A stretch of 64,000 nt of DNA from Squalus acanthias. Its lineage: Eukaryota. A program made the translations under genes and the position numbers. Numbering within the stretch: the first letter of the stretch is position 1; each line of letters opens with the position of its first letter. The notes under the pieces were generated by a model, which made no database searches, was not told where the DNA came from, and was given only the letters and a program-made list of their open reading frames with translations. Positions 37,861-47,914 of this stretch are shown one piece after another. Location of the stretch: the NCBI GenBank assembly GCA_030390025.1, contig CM059437.1:54808001-54872000 (forward strand). Reading direction: 5' to 3'.

Positions 37861-38286
37861 AGGAGCAAGAGCTTGTGGAGGAAGCTTTGGCAGCTGTGAG
37901 GATACAAGACAGGAAACCTCAGAGGAGCTTTGACCTCGTAGTATGGATAAAATAGAAAGAGAAAATAAGGTATGAGGCCAAGAGGAAAAGTGAGAGGCTT
38001 AAGGCCACAAATGTACAGTTTACAATTGTTAGCCATGTATTTAATTTAACTTCATAATATTTTAATTATAACAACTGCCTTCTTCACTGTAGACCAAATC
38101 TCCTAGTGGTGGCACTCTGTTTTAATTATATATCTGCAAAATTTATGTTATATTTTAATTATGCAAAAGAATCCTACAAAATTAACAATACTACAGAAAC
38201 AATACGTAAGACACTTTTTGTGACCGTCAGAAGGTCTTTATAGCACTAATAGTTACGCATTTATTAATACTGCTGGTTCTTCTCAG

Positions 38287-38427
38287 GAAACTTCAAGACC
38301 GGATAGAACAACATATGCGACCTTGTTTTCTGCAAGAATGGCGGAAACTCCGCAGCATGTGAAATTGGAGATAGTTTATTCTGATGCACTGATAGAAAGG
38401 AAGGCATCCAATACGTCAACAGCGAAA
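38287..38427 (+). CDS. Receptor exon 5: cytoplasmic, with TTYATL and IVYSDA motifs
   Basis: ggttcttctcag acceptor; ETSRPDRTTYATLFSARMAETPQHVKLEIVYSDALIERKASNTSTAK; donor GTACGT at 38428. Confidence 0.78.
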
Positions 38428-38681
38428 GTACGTTGGCTTAAACAGTAAACCTAGACTTCGAATTAAATGAGAGATAATTCAGCCAGACATCCAGTTGCAC
38501 GACACTCATTGGATATTATAAATTAATGCAACCACCATGATGCGCCAATTACATAGGATTACATGGTACTTATTTAGCGAGCTATTGACAGACATATTTC
38601 AAACGTGAATTAACATCGTGTAAAATGTACCTACATTATAGTCAGTTTAAAGTCACACCTAAATTATTGTAACTTGTGCAG

Positions 38682-38699
38682 ACTAATATCATTAAAAAG
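38682..38699 (+). CDS. Receptor exon 6: candidate 18-nt micro-exon (TNIIKK)
   Basis: ttgtgcag acceptor, AAG|GTAAAT donor, phase 0-0. Confidence 0.5.
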
Positions 38700-38778
38700 G
38701 TAAATACCTGCTCGCTAAACTCTCCATATCGCAAAATGCGGACAATAAATGCGTTGTCTGTATGTCCTACATTTACAG

Positions 38779-38913
38779 GCGGAATATTCAACTGTGATGA
38801 TCTGCACAGCAAAGGCCAAGACACAAAGTGGAAATGGAGAGCAAATGGTTTACTCCCAGCTGCAGTTTAAAGAGAATAACAAAGCTCAGTTTCCGACACC
38901 CTGCTTGCAGTAA
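38779..38913 (+). CDS. Receptor last coding exon, with AEYSTV and MVYSQL motifs
   Basis: catttacag acceptor; AEYSTVMICTAKAKTQSGNGEQMVYSQLQFKENNKAQFPTPCLQ, TAA at 38911-38913. Confidence 0.78.
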   Translation, partial: AEYSTVMICTAKAKTQSGNGEQMVYSQLQFKENNKAQFPTPCLQ

Positions 38914-38965
38914 GCTGCAACCTACAGTCCGTTACTGTTTCCGACAAAAAACCTTCACTTTAAAC

Positions 38966-39322
38966 CGAAAGCAAAATACTGCGGATGCTGGAAATCTGAA
39001 ATAAAATCAGAAAATGCTGGAAATACTCAGCAGATCAGGCAGCATCTATGGAGAGAGAAACGCCGCCCTCATTCTCACCTCCCTTTGCCTATTACCATCA
39101 TTCCTTTTGTCATGTACTCACTCCTGCCCTCCACCCTTTCGCAGACCTTTCCCTTTCGATGTTTTCCTGCCCCGTTTTGTTCCTGGCTCTGTACTTGCTT
39201 AAAAAAGGCTCACCTCTAACATCTTCTGATGAAAGGTCATCGACCTGAAACGTTATCTCTGTTTCTCTCTCCACAGATGCGCCTGACCTGCTGAGTATTT
39301 CCAGCATTTTCTGTTTTTATTA
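38966..39322. mobile_element. Penelope-derived element with inverted arms just downstream of the receptor stop codon
   Basis: aaaatgctggaaatactcagc...gcatct (about 39010-39060) inverted against 39260-39320; contains AATAAA at 39000-39005. Confidence 0.75.
39226..39255 (+). ncRNA. Minimal hammerhead-ribozyme motif (Penelope-associated type)
   Basis: CTGATGA-A-AGGTC-ATC-GACCT-GAAAC-GTTA: conserved cores flanking a perfect 5-bp stem II, with a palindromic AACGTT stem III. Confidence 0.6.
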
Positions 39323-40628
39323 TTGAAGCCTTTAGGTGAGCGTTTAACACGGAAGTGGGGATTATTCGCTACTATTGAGTTTCTGTCATTCCCTGTACTG
39401 GCACTAGTAATGTCCAGGTGTTTCGTCAATCATTTGTATAACGTGAGGTGTCGAGTGTAAAGTTTAGTGGGGAATAAGGTGATGGCTTGCTGTAGATTGG
39501 GGACACCTGTTATCTGTCGTACTAGTGTACAATAGTTTATTGATATCTTCCGATTAGTTTCATGGTTTCACGTAGTATGGAACCCGAATGAAAGACCAGT
39601 GACCGTGATGCAAATTAACCACCGCCTTGTCCTTCAGGGAATAAACGTGTTAAGAGCTGACCCGCGCTCCCGGCGGAGAGTGGCGGCTGCCCGCAGCTAG
39701 CCGGGAAATCGTGCCTGACTTTCCGTCTGTTTAAATGAATGGATGGAAAAAGTAGGGAAGCAGTTATGAGCGCCCTACCGCGGATTTAGCCCCTATGGCG
39801 GTGCAATACATGTGGGGGATATCTTTAGAAACCTTTTACATTGTGCTCCTGTCTATAGTCACCGAGTCACAATTTACAGCGAAACGTTTTCTGATACCAA
39901 ACGCAGAGTCAGAAAGCCGCCGGTACTCACTGGGAAAGATAAAGCCAATCCGGTTTCTGACCAGGCACCAACTCCGCCGTTAAACTGCTGCAGTTTCAAA
40001 GCCTTTCGATATTAAAATGCTTCAGCTCGCAATCGCTACCGCCGCTCCGCTGCCTTTCAAAAACTTTAACGTTCTTCCCCATGTTTTCATTTTAATACCG
40101 CCCTCTCACGCTGAAAATTAACATTTGCCCCATCTGGATGGCACGCTTGGGACAAGGGCAACATGCAGTAGAAAGGAAAACTGTGAAAAGAGAAGGAATA
40201 ATTGAAATAAAGATGCACATCACACACTATTATTACTTTGCGTGCAGACAGCGGCACACGGCGCTACCGCACCCTTCTGTGTAAATCACCCACATATATT
40301 ACCAGATAAGAAGTGAAACTCATTTAAATTGCCCACGCAGTCTGTCACATACCACCTACAGTGCGTTTCTCTGTCTACACAGCAATAGTAATACTGATCA
40401 TCGTCAGTGACTTACTTTTCATATATAAAGGGGGGATTCGAATACTTTTTTGTATCCTTGTATATGAATGGACTGGGGACACACAGATGTGTGCGTGTAA
40501 CGGAGTATGCTGTCTTCAAGATGTATTTTAACACTGATCATTCAAACAGATAGAGAAACGACGGTTTAAACGTTATTACTCCATAATTAATAGAGCCATG
40601 TCCTGATTTCCGGAACAATAATTCCATC

Positions 40629-40730
40629 GGGTCAAAATTTCCATTCTGTGCTGCTCAGCATGTCCGCCCATTAAAGCGAATGGGCAATAAACTCGCGCAT
40701 TCTGGCGATCGCCGAACGGAATTTCGACCC
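40629..40730. mobile_element. Short MITE
   Basis: TIRs gggtcaaaatttcc ... ggaatttcgaccc. Confidence 0.6.
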
Positions 40731-40736
40731 TGTTCG

Positions 40737-40881
40737 CCTGGAAATTCGACAGGTGGACTCCCGATCTCCCGCCAGAACTTCGGCGGAAACCCAGGAGAAA
40801 CTGTGTAAACGGCCGCTTTGAGCCATTTTACCCGAGAGTTCCGCCGATCTCCCGCAGGAGAACCCCGGCGAAAATTCCAGG
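40737..40881. mobile_element. Short palindromic MITE
   Basis: TIRs cctggaaattcg ... cgaaaattccagg. Confidence 0.6.
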
Positions 40882-41889
40882 AGAAATGGTGTTTAAAATA
40901 GATGCAAGAAAGCAACACGGACAGTACAACAAATGAATGGCTTCCACCAATTACAGATTGCCGTGCTGATCGCAATAAAATATTAGCATTTTATTATGAT
41001 ATAATCTAAATTATTCTAGATTCACACACAGAACTGACAAGAAAAATTTTGAACTCAAATTTTGCGGCTGCTACGATAAACAATTTGTTGCAATATGTTG
41101 ACAAATAAGATTACATAAGATTACATCAATAAGATTACATCAATTTATTTTTGCATCCACATCCAGTTCACGAGTTCAATGCTAAAATGTATCTAAATTT
41201 GTTCATTATATGATCTCCAAAAGCCCAGTTCCATAACTTAAAAAAAACGGATATCAAGATACTTTTCCTGATACTTTATATTGTAAATGTCCAGCTAGGT
41301 AATTCAATCTGATCGCTGATTAGAGAAACGGAGAGAAAAGCAAAAATGGTGTGCGAGATAGAGAAGCAAACACAAAGCTGAACAGAAAGGGAGATGAATA
41401 AACGAGATGTATGATTACTCCAAGTAATGCATGATTCAAAATTAATTTTGCAATACATAGGTAGAATGTTTTGGCCCATGGTGGGAAACTGTTCTTTTGC
41501 ATCTTTCCGAAGCTGCGAATTTAGCAAGTTTTGTAAGTTAGGTGAAACTGCAACACAGTCTCACCGCAACACACCTACTTATTGTAGCTATCGCTGTACA
41601 AGATTTAGGTGTATTTGTGCCATCAAATGGAGCTTAGTAATAGCAAGACAGATCTTAAAGGTCACAATTGCTAAACTATATTTTTCACTACATCCTACGA
41701 TTGCAATAAAACCGCAATGTGATATGTAGAATGTTTTCTGACCACCTTTGAGGCTTGTTTAAAAAAAACTGAATAAGATTAAAGGGAGTATGTTACGGAA
41801 TTAAATGAAGGATACCACAGCCTTGCATCATCTAAGTGTTTTATATATACATATATAAATACAATCGAGTTTATATTTCTATTTAAACC

Positions 41890-42890
41890 TGAGCTGAGCT
41901 TCAGACCACATATTCTCTCCATTGCAAAGACCACCTACTTACACCTCTGTAACATCGTCCACCTCTGCCCCTGCCTCAGCCCATCTGCTGCCAAGACCCT
42001 CCTCGTCCATGATTTTGTTATCTCTAGACTCGACAATTCCAATGCTCTCCTGGCCGGCCTCCCATATTCCACCCTCCATAAACTTGAGCTCATCCAAAAC
42101 TCTGCTGCACATAATCCAAATCGCACCAAGTCCCGCTCACCTCTGTGCTTTCTGACATACATTGGCTCCTGATCCACCAGCACCTCCAATTTAAAATTCT
42201 CAACCTTGTGTTCAAATCCCTCCATAGCCTTGCCATGGGCCTGGAATATTTTAGTGGAGACAGGGGTAGCACTGCTGCTTGGTCCCACTCCATTAAAAAA
42301 AAATTAAAAATTCTGGTCCTTTCCTGGTCAGAACGTCAGTACACATGAGTAGATTCAAGCAACACCTCGATTTCAAAATTCTCATCCTTGTTTACAAATC
42401 CCTCCATGGCTTCGCCCTTCCCTATTTCTGTAATCTCCTCCAGCCCCACCCCCCACCCCAGATGTTTGCGCTCCACTCATGTGTTCTCCCATGCGGCCCT
42501 TAATATTGAAATCGGGGTCGTAACTACGTCACAGGAATCCTGTTTCCATGGGAAGGAGGCCTACCACTTGCTTCAGGGATGTCCTTTGGCTGACCAGTTG
42601 TAGGTCTCTGTGAAAAGCTACCGAGCCCATTTTTATGGCCCCATTAACGCCGATTTCCCCAAGTGAAAACCAACTTTTAATAAAGCGAATTGCTATTTAG
42701 AAATTGAATTAGATAGACTGCACCCACGATTGTCCTTTGCTTATTGAGTTCCATTTAATGGTAAATTTAAGCAATAATTGATGTCAGATGATTATTGTCC
42801 CGCAATGCCTCGATTTTAAAATTCTCATCCGAGTTTTCAAATCGCTCCATGGCCTTGCCCCTCCTTATCTCTGTAACATCCTCCAACAGC
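41890..42890 (+). mobile_element. Cluster of L2-type LINE fragments
   Basis: SRLDNSNALLAG..LELIQNSAA motif; the segment tttaaaattctcatcc...ccatggc recurs near 42190, 42370 and 42810. Confidence 0.65.
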
Positions 42891-43454
42891 AACAACTTGT
42901 ATTTATATGGTGCCTTTGACGTAGTAAAACATCCCAAGGCACTTCACAGGAGTATTATAAGACAAAGGGGGGGAAAAGTTCGGCTGGTTAGCGCCTCCCA
43001 TTTGTGCCTCGGGGGGGCGCTAACGGGGCGCTAATGACTTACCGCCCGAGCATGGCGATTTTAGCGCCGCCAGTGAAATTGACCTGGCGCTTTGTGGTGG
43101 CACTAAAAACTACGGCCACGATTTCCTGTGCCTGGAGATCGTGCCATCATCAAAGCACGCAATTCCCCGGTAGCGCCCCGGACTGGAAATTGATTCTCGC
43201 CCCCTGACTTAGTGCCTACCACTAGAAACGACAGGTCGAGGGCGATGTTTTGCAGTCGGCTAGGGGAGTGCTATTTGGAGGTGGGTGCTTCCTGCTTATT
43301 CCTGTCAGCAAAATATTCTGCATACGCAGGCTGAGAGAGGGAGAGAGGCGTCTGGAGTCATTTAACGCTGTCCTACAAGGAGTTTTGTTCCTCACCAACA
43401 CTTCTCGGGTTCCCATTTCTGTCAGCTTTATTATTTCCATTTTTAGAAGATTAA

Positions 43455-44607
43455 ATGGGGGCTGTACTAACACGGGGCGTTGTCCTCCAGCTTCACCTTT
43501 GGAGGCAGCAGAGGTGCAGAGAGAGAGTGGCAAACGTGGCCAGAGGGAAGAAGGCCAACAGGCCTCTGCACAGGAGACCTTACACTCCCAGGGTATTCTG
43601 GGAGCAATACTCCTACATTCATTTGTCTGAGGAGCAGGGTTTTAGAAGGCTGCGCTTCAGCAAGGAGGTGGTCACAGAGCTCTGCCACCTCCTGCAACCA
43701 GAGTTTGAGCCTCAGCTCAGGACCAGGACATCCCTGTCGGTGGCAGTGAAGGTGACGGTGGCTCTCAATTTCTATGCCAGCGGCTCCTTCCAGATTTCCA
43801 TTACGAATAGCTCCCAGTTCACCCTCTATTGTTGCATCCGGGAGGTCACAAATGCTCTATACCAAAGGAGAAGGGAGTACATCTCTTTCCCGATGACCCG
43901 AGACAAACAATGTGAACGCACTTGTGGCTTCGTTAGGATAGCAGGCTTCCCCATGTTTCAGGGCGTCATTGACTGCACGCACTTGGCATTGCGGGCACCT
44001 TGTGAAAATGCAAAGGTTTTCCGCACCCGCAAGGCTTCCATTCTCTCAATGTGCAGTTGGTGTGCGACCACAGACAGCACATCCTCGCCATCAATGCCCG
44101 CTATCCTGGCAGCAGCCACGATGTATTCATCCTGTGCCAGACTGGTGTCACCCTCGTGGCTGGCTCCTCGGGGACAAGGGTTATTCACTCTGCACCTGGC
44201 TGATGACACCGCTCCGTAACCCCAACACTCCTGCTGAGCTCGCCTACACTGAGAGCCATAGTGCCACCAGGAACCTCACTGAACAGACGATTGGCATCTT
44301 GAAGCAACGGTTCTGGTGTCTTGACAACTCTGGAGGAGCCCTGCAGTACTCCCCTGGTTGGGTGTCGGTTTTCATTGTTGTGTGCTGCATGCTTCACAAC
44401 TTTGCAATTATGAGGACCCAGCCATTGCCACCAGGAATTGGTGCACCACCTCAGGAGGAGGAAGAGGGAGAGGAGGAGGAGGCAGAGGAGGAGGATGAAG
44501 AGGAGGATGAAGAGGAGGATGAGCAGCAGCAACGTGGGAGGGAGGCATTCAATGTTGCTTCTGCAAGGGCCGTTCGTGAATGCCTGATAAGACACCGCTT
44601 CATATGA
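43455..44607 (+). pseudogene. Harbinger (HARBI1-like) DDE transposase, frameshifted
   Basis: [63 protein letters not shown] and an acidic tail, spread over three frames. Confidence 0.88.
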
Positions 44608-44919
44608 ATGACAGAGAAGATGGCTTTTGGGATGAACAAGCACATGATTACAACCATCCCACAGCCCCTATTACCGGGCAAAGCTCCAATGAGTAAAATG
44701 AACAAAGTTGTCAAGTTTCAATAAAAAAAATTATTTTTCTGACAAACTGTGTCTTATTAAGCACAACCAATAACAAACAAACACGATTCATTAACGAACA
44801 AAACTGGTTCTTACCACCTCAAGATAAGTGTTAACAGAGTGAACAATATATTATCATAAATATCCAACTTTGGGACAAACATTCCCCCCATTTGTTTGAG
44901 AATTTTTAGTTATTCACTC

Positions 44920-46780
44920 TTCAAGGATGATCTCCCTCTCCTACGCACTTACCCCCTTCCCACCCTACAGCTCCTCCGTAATGTGGCCCCAGTGGCCGCA
45001 GCAAGGTTGGTGGAAGGCTGCTGAGATTTGGATCCAGAGACTGCAGATGGCCTTGAAGGACGCCCTCGACCAGCTCTGGGCCTGGAGGGCCTGGCTGCTC
45101 ACTGCACCAACTCTGCATGGGCAGCAGCAGTCTGGGCTGGCTGCGTTACAGGCTGTGGCAAGTGCAATGGCGGAGTGGCAGTGGTGGCAGCAGGAATGCT
45201 GTCATCCTGAGAGAGGACAGCACCTTCCTGCTCGACCAACACACTGCCACTCCCCCCGGGGCAGTACCTCAGCATCCGGAGCTATCTGCTCGAGCACAGA
45301 TTGCTGGCCTGCTGCGGCACCGTGAAATCCCCGGTGGACTGTGGGCAACCCAGCGATAATGGCAGAGATGCATGAGAGCAGTCTGACATTGGATGGCACC
45401 AACCAATGACTCGATTCCAGTACTAAGCCATTGCGTTGCCTTGGCCTGTGCTGCTATAGATGCTGCCACCTCACCCATTGCACGCGGCATGGGGTCTGGG
45501 TCCCCACGGTCTCCCTGCAAGTCAACCATCTTCTGCAACGAGGCAAGGATGGGTTCAAGGGTTTGCGCATAGATGACAGCTGTGCTGGCAGCGAACTCCT
45601 CCACACTCCTAGCCAGTGCATCCATGCAGTCGGGCACCCTTGCCATTGCACCCATGAGCTCCGTATGCATGCTCATTGCCTGAGTATTCATCATTGTTAT
45701 ATCGAGGTCCTCATCTGAGTCTTGTGCAGCAGAACTCGTGCACGCACTCACCCTCCGGGGAGATGGCCCCCGAGCTTTCCTTCCCCCATGGCGTTGCTGC
45801 AGCCCGCTGGGTCCCGGAGCTTCACCCAGATCAGATCCAAACCCCCTGCGCTCCTCCAGTGACCGTGTGGCCCCAGTCTCGGATGTCTCACCCTCAGGAG
45901 ATGCAGGCGGTGAGGCGCGGGCTTTGAGTTCCTCCTCCTCTCCCGCATTGCTGCCACTGGGAGGCTGAGGGACAGGCTGATCAGCTGGTGGGTCACTATC
46001 TGAAAGCAGAACGGTACAAGAGTGGCTTTAACGTGAAGGCGGGGGGCAGGAGGGCAGGAAGGGAGTAAGGAATGGAGACAGTATATTTAGGTGGAAAGTG
46101 TAAAAGGCTGATGTTGTGAAGGGGAAGTGGTATGAGAGAGGAGATAAAGCTGATGAAAATACCGCTGCTGTCCCCAAGGGGCCGATCTCTCCAATGGCCA
46201 CAGCACATGACTGGTGATGAGTCTGTGGACTCACTCCTCCAGTTGTGTGAGGGGGTGCAGCTCCGCCTGTCCTCCTCCTGTACGTTGTTGCTCCCTCTGG
46301 TTATTTGAAAGCTTGGCCTGTAAGAAAAAGGACATCGTCTGCGTGAGTGTGCAGTCATGTGTTTGGTAGATGTGCCTACCACAGTTGAATGGCTGTTAAT
46401 GTCTGCAAGGTGTGGGATGTGCATGTGAATTTTATTAGATGGGCATAGTTGTTGGGTGAGTTGGGGATTTGGGACTTTACACCATCTGTGCACAGAGTGA
46501 GGTTGAGATGGTGGGATGTAGAGGTGTTTCAAGCATGTACTCACCCTGACCACCCGAGTGAGGTTGTTGAACTTCTTACGGCACTGCGTATGCATCCTTT
46601 GGACCAGGCTCCTGGATGAAACATGCTCCCTCCACACCCTTGTAAACTCCCGGGGCAATGGCCTCCTGTCAGTCTCTGGAAACAGCACTGCCCATCGGCG
46701 TTCCAGAGCACCAACTAGAGCCACCAATACCTGGTCGCGAAACCAGCGAGCTCTCTCCCTGGGCCTCTGATTAACCATCA
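44920..46780 (-). pseudogene. Harbinger Myb/SANT-like DNA-binding protein gene (spliced, degenerate)
   Basis: RERARWFRDQVLVALV...LFP...W...SSRSLVQR..QCRKKFNNL followed by a GTGAGT donor; downstream coiled-coil-like exon (ORF 45269-45751). Confidence 0.75.
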
Positions 46781-47914
46781 TGAATCTTTGCTGAAGATTT
46801 TTACCTGCCTGCAGGCCGAGGTCAAAAGCTGCAATGAGCAGGGTGTGGCTGTGCAGCAAGATGGACCCTCCCCTTTAAGAACTGGAAGGCGTCAGTCTGT
46901 CTGAGTACAAGGTAATTGACATCGCCTGATCTTGAGTAGCGCTCTGAGGTAGCGTCTCGTTCCCCGACATTAGCTAAGAGAGGTGTGTAGTGCTCGATTT
47001 AGCACTCCAATCACTCCAGGTGTGCTGGAGACGAATTTCGTGGTCAGTGGTGATAATTTGCGCTGGGCGCTAAAATTAGTGCCCGGCCGATATTAGAACC
47101 CCAAAATGGGCGATACTGAATTTTTCCCCAAAAAAATTTGACACTGAGCCACATAAGGAGAAATTAGGGCAAATGACCAAAAGCTTGGTCAAAGAGGTAG
47201 GTTTTAAGGAGCGTCTTAAAGGAGGAAAGAGAGGTAGCAAGTCTTTGAGGTTTTGGGAGGGAATTCCAGATCTTAGGGCCCAGGCAACAGAAGGCACGGC
47301 CACCAATGGTTGAGCGATTATAATCAGGGATGCTCAAGAGGGCAGAATTAGAGGAGCGCAGATATCTTGGGGGGTTGTGGGGCTGGAGGAGATTACAGAG
47401 ATAGGATGGGGGCGAGGCCATGGAGGGATTTGAAAACAAGGATGAGAATGTTGCAATCGAGGCATTGCTTAACCGAGAGCCAATCTCAGTCAGCGAGCAC
47501 AGGGGTGATGGGTGAACGGGACTTGGTGCAAGTTGGGACACAGGCAGCCGAGTTTTGGATCACCTCAAGTTTACGTAGGGTAGAACATGGGAGGCCAGGC
47601 AGGAGTGCGTTGGAATAGTCAAGTCTAGAGGTAACAAAGGCATGGATGAGGGTTTCAGCAGCGGTTGAGCTGAGGCAAGGGCGGAGACGGGCGCTGTTAC
47701 GGAGATGGAAATAGGCGGTCTTAGTTATGCCGCAGATATGTGGTCGGAAGCTCATTTCAGGGTCAAATAGGAGGGGGCCAAGGATAGATCCTTGGGGGAC
47801 ACCAGAGCTAATAATGTGGGAGTGGGAAGAGAAGGCCGACAACCCGCCGAGATCTCTGTGCTCCTCCAATTTTGGCCTCTTGGCAATCCCCAATTTTCAT
47901 CACTCCACCAGTGG

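Larger units (their letters stand above)
42967..47129. mobile_element. PIF/Harbinger DNA transposon with full two-gene architecture (defective)
   Basis: TIRs GGGGAAAAGTTCGG / CTGAATTTTTCCCC with AAA on both flanks; convergent transposase and Myb/SANT genes. Confidence 0.88.
42890..47830 (-). mobile_element. L2-type LINE 3' part, split by the Harbinger insertion
   Basis: Tail caacaacttgtatttatat...cacttcacagg at 42890-42966 continues at 47130; ORFs 47164 and 47486 (ETLIHAFVTSRLDYSNALL). Confidence 0.8.

Noticed and set aside
31832-38913. Assigning NCR3, PDCD1, CD28, CTLA4 or TMIGD2 as the gene symbol
   Set aside because: No TM charge, no MYPPPY/YxxM, and motif order and number differ from PD-1; cannot be decided without phylogeny and synteny
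42967-47129. RAG-like/Transib transposon (two convergent genes near an Ig locus)
   Set aside because: Motifs are HARBI1 and Myb/SANT type, and the TIRs begin with GGGG rather than an RSS-like CAC
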